64,000 nt of DNA. Origin: Prorocentrum cordatum. Lineage: Eukaryota. A model generated the notes under the pieces. It saw only the letters and a list, made by a program, of their open reading frames with translations. It was not told the origin of the DNA and made no database searches. The stretch covers positions 1,054,001 through 1,118,000 of the forward strand of contig CAUYUJ010000001.1 in NCBI GenBank assembly GCA_963575745.1. The letters run 5' to 3'. Each line of letters begins with the position of its first letter. Positions within the stretch are counted from its first letter, which is position 1. A program made the translations under genes and the position numbers. Positions 12,194 through 26,390 of this stretch are shown here, piece by piece.

Positions 12194-12609
12194 GGGCAAC
12201 GTCGGGCAGGGGCACAGGGCTCGGGAGGGACGCGTCGGGGGGCAGCGCCATGGGGGGCACGCGGGAAGCCCTCGGAGATTTCGGGAAGTGGAGTCCGGGC
12301 CCCCGGAAGACTCCTCGGGGCAGGGAGCTGAGGCTCCAGGGGTTGGGCAAGGGGCCCGAGGACACGCCCACGCCGTGCCCAGCGGCACGGTGGCGGATGA
12401 CCCGAAAGCCAAACGACGAGGATCATTGGCTCAGGAAGGGTTGCATCGACCCCCCCATGGCACGTGCATCGCCGACAGGGGCCCACTGGCCCGGCCCGCC
12501 CAGGACCGCGAGGTTTCGCCAACCGGGGCCTGTCGCCAATCTATCGGCGACGCATCGCCGTTTCCAGCCCTGCGTTCCCTCCCTCAGCCTGTCCCCCCGG
12601 TCGTTGCCC
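12194..12609. mobile_element. Long member of the TCA-flanked 'ggggcaacg' MITE family
   Basis: ggggcaacgtc ... gtcgttgcccc|tca; shares an internal gcatcgacccc..atcgccga core with the other copies. Confidence 0.7.
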
Positions 12610-13004
12610 CTCACTAGGCGGGCGCGGCGCATCCCCAGATTCCAGACGAGAGGATTTGTAGCACATCCTTCTAGATTCGTTCTCAGTCCCGTTCTCGGTC
12701 CTTGGGGCCGCGATCTGACCCCAAGGCCGTCAAGAACGGATCCGCGCGAAAATTGCCCCTTGGAAAAGGGTCGGGCCCTACCTGAGGCCGCGCACAGACA
12801 TAACCACATCGTCGCATGACTGGGTCCTGGGCAGAGCGGCCCCGTGAAGGGATCGAGGGCCCTGGGGGCCCACGCCACAAAAAAGGTGTGGCCCAGAGGG
12901 GGTCGTTGCTCATCCCTGCTCTGCCTCCGCTCCCTCCTCCTCCTCCGCCTCCTCATCATTATTATCATCATCATCCTCATCAGCAGCAGCATTATCCTCG
13001 TCAT

Positions 13005-13044
<40 letters not shown>

Positions 13045-13057
13045 GCAGCATCATCAG

Positions 13058-13131
<74 letters not shown>

Positions 13132-14618
13132 GTTTTCCTCTCCCAGGACTCGTCCTCTTGCGCTTCTTCTCTATGTGCATCATCATCCCATCTCAGATTC
13201 CTCTCTCCTCCGCCTCAGCTCCCTCCCCATCAAGCTTACAAGAAAGGAACAGAGAGGAACACGATCTTCCAGACCTCGAGCTCCGACCCTCGACGGCCAC
13301 GACGACGATGACCACCGCGCTGACGGACGAAGGCCAGCCATCGTGCTCCCACATAAGAAACAATGTTTTTGTTCCAACCGCTGCAGTACATTATACGAGT
13401 TTCAAGTGAAAGCCCCCCTGGAGGGGACTATCCTCAGATCAGAATCGCTGTGAGCCAGAGGCCTGATGAGCGCGATGAGCGCGGAGGGCCAAAACAGCCC
13501 CTAACTACGGCGGGTTCGCGTCGTGTCGACCGGCGGCGACCCCGCCGCTGGAGTTCAAAGTTGAGCGCCGCCGGCAACCTAGAATCGGCCAGTGTTAAAC
13601 GATCTGACGTTTCAGAAACGGTTCATCGTTCAAGGTTGAACGATACCCGAGATGTCAGGAACCAGCGCCAGGGTCGTCACGACACGAACCTGGCGCTATG
13701 CCCTTCCAATCGCTATGCTCGGACGGGGCTAGGGCGATAATAGATTCGTTCCAGAGCGTTCCGGAACCCGGCACGCTCTGAGAAGGCCGCGACGCCCGAT
13801 ACATCTTCCAGAGCCAGCGGACGGCGGATGAGGGGGAAGGTGGACGGGCGGACGGCGGACGGCGAACGGCGGCCAACGGACGGCGGACGACGGTCGGACG
13901 GCGGACGGATGACGGATGATGGGACGACCGGCGGACGGCGGACGAGGAGGAGAAGGAGGAGGAGGAGGAGGAGGAGGAGAAGGAAGACGGCGGACGAGGA
14001 GGAGGAGGAGGAAGATGAGAAGGAGGAGGAGGGCGGACGAGGCTTCCTCCGTCGCTCCTCCCCTCCTCCCCTTGTCTGTCTGTACGTTTTCCCAATTTTT
14101 ACCTATTGCTGATACCCGCTGGTGACCCCTGGAGCGGTGCTCCAGGGGTCGGCCACCTGACGTTAGTTTGATTAACCCCACCAATGCCGACCGGCCTAGG
14201 GGGGGCAGGGCGACGTCGGTACGACTCTTTCGCCATCAGCGCATCAGCATATCAAGAGGAGGGCGGACGATGGGCGACGACAACGTGCCCGTACATGCGT
14301 GGTCGAGTCGGCGGCGGACGGACGGCGGTGGCGGCGGACGGCAGACACATACCCTCGACGTCGCGATTTTGTCGACGACGTCGCGATTTTGTCATGTCAC
14401 GACGGGCGATTCGTCCCAAGTAGTTGTTTGACGGCCCCGAGGCCCGGCAATGGTCCCCGGATGCCAAGCGTAGCAAAGCAGATCCGCTCGTCGTGATTCT
14501 TGCCACGACGCGAGGGAGCCCGGGGCACGGCGGACGGACGGCGGACAGGTCTAGCGAACGCCGCGGGCGGTGGTGGCGGCCCCGCGCGGCGCGAGCGCAC
14601 GCGCGCGCTGCATGCGAG

Positions 14619-14690
14619 GTGGGCAACGCCAGGGCTGCGGAGATGTACGAGGCCTGCCTGCCCCGCGGCTGGTCGAGGCCGCGCGCGCAG
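14619..14690 (+). CDS. ArfGAP-PDZ exon 4 (VGNARAAEMYEACLPRGWSRPRAQ)
   Basis: ArfGAP GN-x2-A-x3-YE motif; AG|G acceptor; GA donor. Confidence 0.85.
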
Positions 14691-15732
14691 GAGCGCGGCG
14701 GGGGGGGGCGGGGCCGCGGGGTGGGGCGAGGGCCGCTCGGGGGAGGGGATCGATAACCGAGAAGGCGGAGGAGTAGGTGGAGGAGGGGGCTTACCCTCGC
14801 TCCTCCTGATCATCCTCCTCCTCATCCTCCTCCTGCTCCTCCTCCTGCTCCTCCTCCGCATCCTCCGCCTCCTCCTCCTCTTCCTCCTCTTCCTCCTCCA
14901 CTTCCTCCTCTTCCTCCTCCTCCTTCTCCTCCTCCTCCTCCTCCTCCTCCTCCTTCTCCTCCCTGTTTGGGCTCAGCTCTCGGGAGGAGGCTGAGTCTCT
15001 CGGGGCTCATGCGCGTGAGGGCGGTCGGCAGGTTGTGCCGCCCCCCGAAGACCGTGTCCCCTAAGTCGCTTTGATCAGTTCCCATGCATGCAAATGTGGT
15101 GGCACCTGTCCAGCCGTTGCCGAGTTCATCCCCCTCCTGACTGCCGGCGTCATCCGCGCCGCCCCTCTCCTTCTCTCCCCGCGCGACGCCCCAAGCCGAT
15201 GGGCGCCAATGGGGGGGCGGGGTCGGGGCCGCGGAGGGGGCGGGCGAGAATCGCGCCGTGAAAAACATGACGGCTCATTTTCTGATATGTTCTGCCTCCT
15301 GAGGCCCCCAGCGGGCCTCGGGACCGACCAAAAGTTGGTCTCGATGAAAGGCCGGTCCCCGAGAAATGGTTCAAACCCTTGGGGGTCCACTACATGAGAA
15401 GACATATACGCGCGCACATGACGTCGAGGGTATGAGGAGGAGGAGGAGGAGGAGGAGAAGGAGGAGGAGGAGGAGGAGGTGAAGGAGAAAAAGGAGGAGG
15501 AGGAGGATCAGCACGATCCCGATGTGGACGGAAAAAATAGGGATGAAGACCAGCAACAGTTCCTGTCCTCATTGAGCAGGGTTCGCTGTCGGTAGCACCG
15601 CGGACATTGCCCATTTAAGACTCGAAGCCGCCCGCCCAACATCGGTCGCTGTCGGTGGGGGTTAACATCTGCTATTTGGCATCGTACCTATTATCTCCGT
15701 ACCCATGTCGGGCTTGTCAACAGGAGGAGTCA

Positions 15733-15935
15733 GGGGCAACGTCAGGGGGGGACATTCTCGGGGGGGTGGGGGGGCGCATCGGCCCCCGATCGCCCACTGA
15801 TCTCAGATAGGGACCTGATATCCCACCCCCATTTTCGCTCTCGGGGGTGAATCGCCGACCTATCGTCAATATAGCGCCGATTTCAGATCGGTTTCCCCCG
15901 CCCCCCCCCTACAAGTCCCCTCCTCTCGTTGCCGC
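15733..15935. mobile_element. TCA-flanked MITE (~200 bp)
   Basis: tca|ggggcaacg ... cgttgccgc|tca. Confidence 0.75.
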
Positions 15936-16327
15936 TCAAGGAGGGAGAGTGGAGGCTCGAGGAAGGAAGAAAGAAGGAGTGGGGAGGAGGAGGAGGAGGA
16001 GGAGGAGGAGGAGGAGGAGGAGGAGGAGGAGGAGGAGGAGGAGGAGTGTGGGAGGATTGATGAGGAAGGAGGTCGGTCCTGCACAGCCTCAATGTGGTCA
16101 GCCCCGGCAGGAGAGAGGGAGGAGGTCTGGGCAGGAGGATCGAGGAGGGGGGCGGAGGAGCTGGAGGCCGAGGGAGGACAGGGAACCATGAGGAGGGACG
16201 GGGGGAGGGAGAAGGAGGATGGGAGGGAGGAAGCAGGGAGCGAGGGCGGGAGAGAGGAGGATCCGGGCGGACGGGGCGAGCATCGAGGTTGCCGCCGGAA
16301 GCCGTTTTTTTGTGCGCGCGGCGCGAG

Positions 16328-16363
16328 GACGTCGGGGGCGACCAGATGGACCCAGAAGCCGCG
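16328..16363 (+). CDS. ArfGAP-PDZ exon 5 (DVGGDQMDPEAA)
   Basis: 36-nt phase-0 exon, AG|G acceptor, GC donor; fills the linker before LERFVRAKY. Confidence 0.55.
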
Positions 16364-16399
16364 GCGGGGCTCGGGATGTGAGTTGCGTCCTGCCCTATG

Positions 16400-16850
16400 G
16401 CGACGGCGCCGATGACGGCGACGACGACGACGACGACGGCGGCGGCGACGACGACGGCGGCGATGGCGATGGCGCTGAGAATGAGGATGTGGATGGGAAT
16501 GGTGATGGTGAGGATCATGGTTATGGTTATGAAGGTGGCAGTGGTGGTGATGGTGGTCATGAGGATGGTGGTGATAGTGATGGTGGTACTAATGGTGTTG
16601 ATTAACATAGAGTGTCCATCATGACGAGTATGAGGATGATAATGATGATGTTGGTGCTGATGATGATGATGATGCTGATGCTGATGATGGTGGTTGTGAT
16701 GATGATGATGCTGCTGATGATGATGATGATGACGACGGTTATGGTGATGGAGATTATGATGACGATGGCGATTACGATAACGGTGACGAGAGCAATGACC
16801 ATGATGATCAGAATGGTGTTGATGATGATGGTGGTGATGATGATGATATA

Positions 16851-16911
<61 letters not shown>

Positions 16912-16995
16912 CTGATGCTGATGTTGATGCTGATGCTGATGCTGATGCTGATGATGATGATGATGATGATGATGCTGATGATGACGATGATGATC
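16400..16995. repeat. (GAC)/(GAT)n microsatellite
   Basis: Direct reading. Confidence 0.95.
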
Positions 16996-18898
16996 CGCGT
17001 ATGTGTCCCTTCTCTTTGTCGTCGTCGTCGTTTTTATACCCCTCCCTCTCCTGATGCCGTCACATGTTTGGCCGCGCGGCGTTGATAGTGGTGCATTGTC
17101 TCATTTCGAATGTCTGCGTGGGGTGCTTTCGTCTCAGGTCAATAGCTTCGCAGTGCTCGATGTGTCTCCAGTTGCCGTGATGCGTGCGTCGCTGAGGACT
17201 GGTGGGTGGCGTGTTCCGTGAAATGAGAATAATGGTGGTGGTGTTGATGAGGATGGCGTTGAAGATGATCGTGACGGTGATATTGATGCTGATATTATTG
17301 TTGGCAATACCGATCATCTCTATCACCATCACCATCATATGTCGCCGCGCAGTCTGTTCCGACGCGCGGCCTTGCGTCTTAGGGAGGGCGCCTCGGCTAC
17401 CAGGGCAAACTCCGCCTCGGACACAGAGTTTGCGGTGAGTTTGCCGCGGTGGCGGCATGGGATTGAGAGTTCTGCGGCCAGCGTCCTGAAAAAAGTCTGC
17501 CTCCGGAAGTCTGGGCGTATCAGGCGGATGGCATAGTTGAGCCACATATTTGTGCACGGGGCCCTGCGTACACACTCCGTCAGAATGCCGGACAGCTTAG
17601 GCGTAAGCCTTTTCAGTCGGCGTTGGGCCAGAAAAGCATACAAGCAACCTTCGATGTGCGTGATCGCCAGTGTTCTGCTAGGGGCTCGCTGGGGAGCACC
17701 CCTCCTTCCATGTAAGCAAACTTGCCAGAATCTAGGTTGGAACACGCTCTCGGCGGACCGCAGTCCGCTGCAAGCCCGTGACCTTTCATCGGCGAGATGA
17801 AGCACAGCAACGCAGCAACTCTTCCACCTTCGAGGCTTCTCTGGACGAGTGCCGGGACCGGCTGCTCTTGTTGTTCCAAGTGTCATCTGGCTTCGAGATG
17901 CCTCTTCCTCCTGACAAACAGTCGTTGCCACGCTTGGTGGAGCGTCTTGCTGGCTCGAAGAAACGAGAGGCGGAGGAGACTCCGAGGAGAACTTGCGATG
18001 GGAGTGCCCATGGCAGGGTCAGGGTGGTGGGGGCTTGCCCTCATCATCATCCTCAAAATCCGACTGTGTCGCTAGCATCGGCGCCGTGGTGTTTCTGCAC
18101 CCAGGCCCGACGACTGCATCGCTGGACGGAGGAGGAGGAGGAGGAGAAGGGCGAGGGGAGAGGGGGCGGCGTGTCTGGCTAAGCAGCCGCCGTCCCTGCA
18201 CAGGAGTTTCGACTACCGGCCCGCAGGGAAGCCCTCGGAGTGCCGGCGGGGACGCCATGCCCGCGACCAGCCCCATCACCCAGGGACGGCGGCAAGCAAG
18301 CGAGCAACCTCCAGGACTCCAGAAGTGGTTACCTGCCGGCCGCCAGGCAGAGCGACTCCAGACCCTGAGGGCGTACAGACATTGAGCCTGCCAGCGCAAG
18401 GAGGGCAGGCATCTGAGGGCGATGCGCTGCCCGAGCCGGGCGTCATGATTCTTCATCCCCAGAGGTCTCGACCCGTTCCCTGGAACGGGCATTAGATCCT
18501 GATTCGTTTTTTGTCGGGGCCCTGCGAGAGCTCCGAGAGGCCGGAAATGAAACAAAACGTTCCGCCGCGGTCTCTTCACGTCGCGAGGGGGTTTGGGAGC
18601 AGCGGTGGTGCCGTGAGGCCTCGGCCAGCAGGGGGCGCCCGTGCGGCATTGGCTTGAGGTTGGCACGCCCGCAATGGGTGTGGGAAAAAAGGGCACGATG
18701 CCCAACAGCAGAAGCTGCCCCAAACCGACAGCGGCCGCTGGCGAGCAGCGACACGCCTCAGGTGCACAACGCCCGCGGCGACGCAGGCAGCGAATACGGT
18801 TCAAGATGGGCAGGAACTGGTGTTGGTCTTCGCCCCCATTCTTTCCGTACCCATTTCGCTCGTGCCGAGGAGGGGCCGCGGCGCGCGCGATTTCGGTG

Positions 18899-19012
18899 AT
18901 GCCGGGCGAGGGGGGCCGTGCGCTGCCGCCGCTGCTGCTGTGCGGCTCGGCCAAGCTGCTGCTCTCCGCCGTGGTGTCGTCCGCGTACACCGTGTTCCCG
19001 CTGCACGCGGAG
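18899..19012 (+). CDS. MFS transporter exon 1 (MPGEGG...YTVFPLHAE), TM1
   Basis: ATG, hydrophobic helix, GA donor in phase with the next exon. Confidence 0.7.
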
Positions 19013-20139
19013 GATCGGCGAGTCCCAAGCGAAAAGAAAAAGAGGTTATGCGTTTCGCCCCCTGGGGGCTCTTCGGGCCAGACTGCCTATGGTGCATCAT
19101 CGAACAAATTTCATCGACGATGGGACCAGAGGCGGAGCGGAGAGATGCAGTGCACAGTGGGGTGTTCATGGAGAAGGGGTATCTTCCCAGATCATAGAAA
19201 CTATTGATTCGGCTTGCGTCGGGGGTTCCACTTTTTGTAGGAGGAGGAGGGAAACATCGACGACGACGACGACGACAACAAAGACAAAGACATCGACGGC
19301 GACTACGACGGCGACGGCGAGGGCGAGGGCGAGCGCGATGGGGAGGAGGAGGGGAGGAGAGGAGGGGAAGGAAGAGGAGGGATGATGGAGGAGGAGCGAG
19401 GAGGAAAGAACAGACCGAACAGACGATGATGAAGATAATGGGGGGGAGTCTTCGTAGAGACACCCCACGACTGATCACGAGCGGCCCCAACATGGCCCCA
19501 AGGGGGTCGCCCAAAGGAGTCAACATCAAGTCACACGAATACAGTAACGTAGCAGGAAACGTCAGCTGGCACCGAAAGGCATTGAGAGGCCTCTAGGAGA
19601 ACCCCGAAACGCCCCCAAGAGTGCCCATTGAGGCCAAGCAGGAGCCCTCAGAGGGCCCCAAGGGGGCCCCCAAGAGAGTCAAAATGCGGCAGCGCAAAGA
19701 GGAAATGAAGGAACGACCAAACAGTGGGAAGACTACTATATGCCTTGCAGTGCGATAGCATCTATGCTGGGGCGCTATGCTTGGCCATGCTATGCAACGC
19801 TTCGCACTGACATTCGCGATGGCATGTGATGCAATGCAAGGTGCCGTGCTGTGCCGTACTGTGATGTGCGACGGGTTGGTTGTGTTGCAATCTTGTTGTG
19901 TAGTGACAGTGGTAATGTGGTACAAATGTATGCGCTACGCATCGGCACACACACACACACTTGACACATGTATAAACTCCTGTATGCTGGCCCTACGGTC
20001 ACGATTGCCACCAGCCCCTGTACTACTACCACAACGTGTTGCTACTGATTACTGCTGGAGCGGTTGTTGCTACAATTGCAGTCGATACTACTTCGCAGAC
20101 GACGGACACAACAACGAACACTACGAATATCACTAGCAA

Positions 20140-21005
<866 letters not shown>

Positions 21006-21055
21006 CGGGGCGAGAAGGTCATGATACTTCTGTTTGATCTCAGGCTTGGATTGAG

Positions 21056-21375
21056 ATCCGTGCAGGAACGGGAGGGACACGCGTGCCTTGCTCATCCAAT
21101 CCATCGGGCCCACGGTATTTTGTCGGAAAGGGGTGGGGGTCACGACCCCCCCATTGCGGATACGATCGCGGATCCAAGTTTGACCCCATTCCTTGTTTTG
21201 GGGGTTGCGAGCATTGTATCCGTGGCGGCCCAGTCAGAAGGGGGCTACCGACTCGGATCCGCGATTCGTGTCGGAAGGGAGGGGGGTCGTGACCCCGCCC
21301 CGTTCCGAAAAAAACGTGGGCCCGATGGATTGAATAAAGAGGGAGCCCGTGCCACCCCCCCGTTCGGGCACGGAT
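21056..21375. mobile_element. Palindromic element with ~120-bp inverted arms
   Basis: caatccatcgggcccacg...ggggtcacgacccccc vs ggggggtcgtgacccc...cgtgggcccgatggattg. Confidence 0.8.
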
Positions 21376-21854
21376 TGCGTTACGAGCCAGCGATCAGAAA
21401 TTAGTGATCAGGGATTCCCAGCCCGCAAAATCAAGAATGCAATAGGTAGTAGTCGTGGTAGTAGCCGTAGTAAAGGAAGTTGTGTTGTTAGTCGTCGCAG
21501 TCGTCAAGTAGTAGTAGTAGTAGTAGCAGCAGCAGTCGCAGTAGGAGTAGTAGATGTATTAAGAGTAGTAGTAGTAGTAGCAGTAGTAGGGGTAGTAGTA
21601 GTAGAAGAAGTAGTAGAAGTAGTAGTAGTAGTAGTAGTAGCAGCCGTAGTAGTAGTATTATGAGCAGTAGCAGTAGCAGTACCAGTAGCAGTAGTAGTAG
21701 AAGCAGTCGTAGTAGTAGTAGTAGTAGTAGTAGTAGCAGCAGTAGTAGTAGTAGTAGTAAAAGCAGTCGTAGTCGTAGTATCAGTAGTAGTAGTAGTAGC
21801 AGCAGTAGTAGTAGTAGTAGTAGTAGTAGTAAAAGCAGTCGTAGTCGTAGTATC

Positions 21855-21922
<68 letters not shown>

Positions 21923-22018
21923 GTGTAGTAGTAGTGGCCATGGTAGTAGTCATACCCGTAGTAGCCGTAGTAGTACTAATAATTGTAGTAGTAGCAGTAG
22001 TAGGACTAGTAGTAGTAG

Positions 22019-22105
<87 letters not shown>

Positions 22106-25100
22106 CAGTAGCAGTGGCAGTTGTAGTAGGAGTAGTACTCACAGTAGTAATAGTAGCTGTAGCCGCCGTATTAGTAGTAACACAAGTAGTCGTAGTAGTG
22201 GTCGTGGTCGCGGTAGTAGTAACAGTAGCGCTTCTATGTTTAAATATCCAGTGATCCGTAACACGGTGAGTCTCTGTCGTAGGAAGGGTGGTTATGGTGA
22301 TAGTAGCAAAGTTAGCAGCGGCATCAGGAGTAGCAGTATCAGCAGCTGTTGTAGACGAAGTAATGGTGGTAGTAGTTAGGGCGGGTGGTAGACTTAGTAG
22401 CAGTAGTGGCTCCCGTACATGTAGCAGCAGTGATGGTAGTATAGGCTTAATGAGCGGTGTCAATAGCAGTAACAGCAGCAGCCACAGTATGTAACATACA
22501 AATGAATTTCGAGAGTTTGTGAATGCATGTTCATGTGTCTATTCATATGTGCACGCACGCACCGTATATACAATATCCTGACATACAAAGGCATAGCACG
22601 CATACAGCTTAACCCCATATCACAGCATAGCGCAGCCTGGCACCTTGCACTGCAGTGTATGCCATCGGGAATAGCAATGCATAGCATCGCATAGCATTAT
22701 TTTGCAAAGCACGTTGTAGCATTCTACTGTATGGCGTACGCTTCATCGCACTGCAGGGTATATCATAGCTTTCCCAATACCCTTTCCCCCCCTGTTCCAT
22801 CCCCCTGTGAGCTGCTGCATGTTGATTCCTCTTGGGGGCCCATGAGGGCTCCCTCTTGGGGCCCACTGAGGGCTGCTCCGTGGCATGTTTCGAGCTCTTT
22901 GGGGGGGCTGTTCGGGACTATCTTGGAGGCCTCTCGATGCCTTCCAGTGCCAGCAGATGTTTCCTACCATGTCGCTCGCGTGGCCTGATTGTGATTCCTT
23001 TGGGGCCCTATGAAGCCCTCTTGGGGCCCTGTTGGGACCACTCTTGAGCAGTCCTGGGGCGCCCCTTCGAAGGCTCATCACCATCTTCAGCATCATCATC
23101 TATTCGTTTCGCCCCTCCCTCCTCATGATCCCCCTCATCCATCATTCCTCCTCCTCCTCCTCCTCCTCCTCCTCTTCATCATCATCCTCCTGTTCCCCCT
23201 CTTCCTCCCCCTCCCCCTCCTCCTCCTCCTTCTCCTCCTTCTCCCCGTCGTCATCGTTGTCGTCCTCCTCATCCTTTTCCTCCCCTCCGCCCAGTGCGTA
23301 GGAAAAAAAACGAATCTCCGACACAAGCCGCATTCATCGTTTCTCTGATCAGACCCCCTCGCGTCGTGAATCACGACCGGCAGGTCCCCGCTCTTTCAGC
23401 GTTTGTGCCATTTGGGGGCCCTTAGTGGGCCCAAGGACTGTCAAAGAACGACGCAGAATGAAAAAAGCCAGTCCCAGGGAACAGGTCCAGACTCCCAGAA
23501 GGGTAGATGACCACCACCACCAAGATCGGGTAAATGCGTGATGCGTTTTGGCGCATTTTGGCTCTTGTGGCCAACCGCTGTCGCGGCCCCGCCGCCAACG
23601 ACGACCGCCCCCACCTCGCGCCCAGGTGCCGAAACGAGGCTCATCAAAACAAACGCGGTGGTGCCTATGGTTGTGGCTTCACATGGACCAGATTCTCACA
23701 TCACCACCAAGATCTGCGGTTTTTGTGCTGGGAGCTCCTGGCGCCCGTGCGCCGCGCTGCGCTCCTGTTCGCCGCGGGGGGCATGTCGTCGTCTGGCACG
23801 GCCCTGGCTCCGATAATTGCTGCGCCCATGTTTTGCAGGCGGCGGTGGTGCACATACATTGACCGCGCGCAGACCCTCGGGGTTGAAACAAATCATGACG
23901 CCGAGGGTCTGGGTCGCAGGGCCTCTGGAGCCAGGACCCTGCAGGCCAGGCTTCGAGAGCTCGAGGCAGAGAGAGCGGGGGGTCGTTGACGTCTCGACCC
24001 ACGGCTGCAGCGCTCCTGGTCGTGCCAGGGCCCCGGCTCACCAACATCCCCAGTCCCCGGGGTCCTGGAGCAGCACTGGGCGTCTCTCGTGCCCCTGGCA
24101 GTGATCGCGAGCGGCAGGCGGGTGCCCCCTCGTCGCGCCTCGCTGGGGCCCTCGTGGACTGGCCTGGCCCGGAAGAGGCCCGCACAAGCAGAGGCGGTGT
24201 CGAGACCGCCCGTGACTACGGTTGCCAACGATGCTGCAATTTGCCCTCACGACGTCCGATTTCGGAGGTGAGACGTGGCGATGGAGGTGGACAGTATTGC
24301 TTGTGTTGCAAATCGTTCCACCCTCCGCGGGGGGAAGCAGCGGTGAACAGCCCGTCTGGAGAAAAGGCGATCGGGAATCAGGGACCCAGCCCGCCCTTGC
24401 CGATAGGAGAGAGGGGGAGGAAAGGAGGGGGGCAACTGCTCCAAGCCGCCGAGCGGCTCACAGTCGCGCAGCTCATACCTCTGCACGACCCAGTACTGGA
24501 TGACAGAGTCGTGATGCTGTCCATTGTGCTGCGGTTTCGCTTTGCTCCGCAGTCGTCCGAACGGAGGTGGGCAGGAAACAGGAAAGCTCATGGGGAATCA
24601 CCGACTGGGAGTTACGGGCCGCACGGCTCCACACGCTTGAAGACGAGCATGCGTTCTCCATCCTCGCTGGGCCCTATCAATCCCTCGCGGAGTAGCCTGG
24701 TCCGAAAGAACGGCCCACGCGAGAAGAAATGGTTTCGAGAGCTCCGGCCGCGACTGCACTGTTGCCGTCGACGTTGCGACCTGTCCTCACGACGCGCTGT
24801 GCTCGAGGCGAGGCGTAGCGATGGGACTGGATACCCAGCAGGCCGATGGAGCGCCCACCTTGCCGAGCCGACCAGCCAGCAAGTTGCCCCTTGCCGATTC
24901 TCGAGAGGGCGCTGCGGCTGTGATGTCTGCAGGCCTGCGTCCGCCGGGTCCGGCCCCGGGTCGTTTCTTGTGGCGGGTGTGCTGCTGAAGCGCAGTCTGT
25001 CCACCCCCGAGATACGCTTGGGAACGTTTGCTTCGCGTGTCGCTCCGCCGTTTCTGGCCCACCACGCCTCGACGCGACATGGTAACCCCGTTCCGGTCCC

Positions 25101-25536
25101 CAGGCATCAAACGTCCCGAGCCTGTCCCAGCCGTCCGCCTCCGGCACGCCATCCGCTTGCAGACCATAGCGTGTTGCCAGGGTTGCCGCAGCGACATGCC
25201 AAGCAAAAGCTCCCGACCGAAAGAAATAAGAAAGCCTTGTGGGAATAGATCCTTGGGAGCTTGCCGGCCTCACGTTCTCACACGTTGAAGAACGAGCAGC
25301 TCCGCAGATGGTCCCCAGAGGCCCAAAGCTTCCTGGTGACCACCACTTGCTCGCCCAACCTCCCTTGCCCTCCAGAAAAGGGCCGGCCGCGCTCGCACGG
25401 GCAACACAATGCAGTGCACGTGCCTCGTTGTGCTCGCTTGTCCGTGCATCACGCGTGTGGGATAGCCTCCCCGAGGGGCAGCGGGTTTCTCGATCTGCAC
25501 TCCCCTGGCTCCCTCGCGGGTGAGAAAGACAAGCAG

Positions 25537-25716
25537 GAGGCCGGGCTCGGCGCGGGGGTCCGCGCGGCCGTGCTGTCCGCGTTCCCTGCGGCCTACCTGG
25601 CCGGCCTGGCGCCCGCAGGGCGGGCGTGCGACGACCCCGCGCTGCCGCCGCGCGTACTGTCCGCTGGCGCGCTGGGGGTGTCCCTGGGCTGCGCGCTCTT
25701 CTCGGCCACGCGCAAG
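25537..25716 (+). CDS. MFS transporter exon 2 (TM2-TM3)
   Basis: EAGLGAGVRAAVLSAFPAAYLAGLAPAGRACD..: motif A-like GRxxD; AG|G acceptor, GT donor (3' end uncertain). Confidence 0.75.
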
Positions 25717-26059
25717 GTGGACCCTTCGCCAGAGTGACCTGCGGAGCGGGCGCACTGTGGCCCCCAAACGACGGAACGCGATGCGATAGCAGCGTCTCGC
25801 GCGCTCGGGATTGGCCTCCCCGCGGTCCCCGAAAGTCGCGCACCGAAGGTCGCTCCCCTGAGATCCGACGTCGCGCGACAATTGAAACATGGTCTACAAT
25901 GACGACCCGAGCCCCAGACCCCATCTGTCTGCGCCCTTTGTCGAGCCGGATCGATCTCCGAGGGCCCCGAGGCCGGAAGCCGGGCGAAGACGCCCGTTGC
26001 GCAGGAAGTGGCAGCGCCAGGATCTCAGGGCCTCAGCCCGGGGCCGCTCCTGCGTGTAG

Positions 26060-26218
26060 CCGATCTTCGGGTTGTGCGGCGCGCCCTGGGCGCTGGCGGC
26101 CGCGCGCGCCTTGCAGGGCCTCTCCGCGGCGCTGGCGGACGTGGCGGCCGGCGCGCTGGTGGCGGCCGGCGCGGGCGAGAGGCTCGCGTACATGGAGGGG
26201 GTCCTGGAGTCCTGCGAG
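26060..26218 (+). CDS. MFS transporter exon 3 (TM4-TM5 start)
   Basis: ALAAARALQGLSAA (motif B, R-x-x-QG) ... MEGVLESCE; frame absent from the ORF track; 5' end uncertain; GC donor. Confidence 0.75.
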
Positions 26219-26241
26219 GCTCGTGGGCGAAAGACATCTCT

Positions 26242-26390
26242 TTAAGTCGGGCATGTCCCTCTGCAGGAGAACGATTCAAAAATAGTCTGGGGATTATTTT
26301 TTGTAGCATCTATGACTATTTTTGATTACTGCTTGACAATTTTTAATTTTTCGCCCAAAATCCGCCTGTAGGGGAACATGCCCGACCTAA
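26242..26390. mobile_element. hAT-like MITE with AT-rich core
   Basis: TIR ttaagtcgggcatgtcc / gaacatgcccgacctaa; degenerate 8-bp flanks acatctct/acctatct. Confidence 0.75.

Noticed and set aside
23545..23568. Second SL relic (cattttggctc)
   Set aside because: Only an 11-nt core matches and the flanks disagree; could be chance
23986..25248. 420-aa ORF as a gene
   Set aside because: Arg/Pro/Gly-rich GC artefact with no recognisable motif
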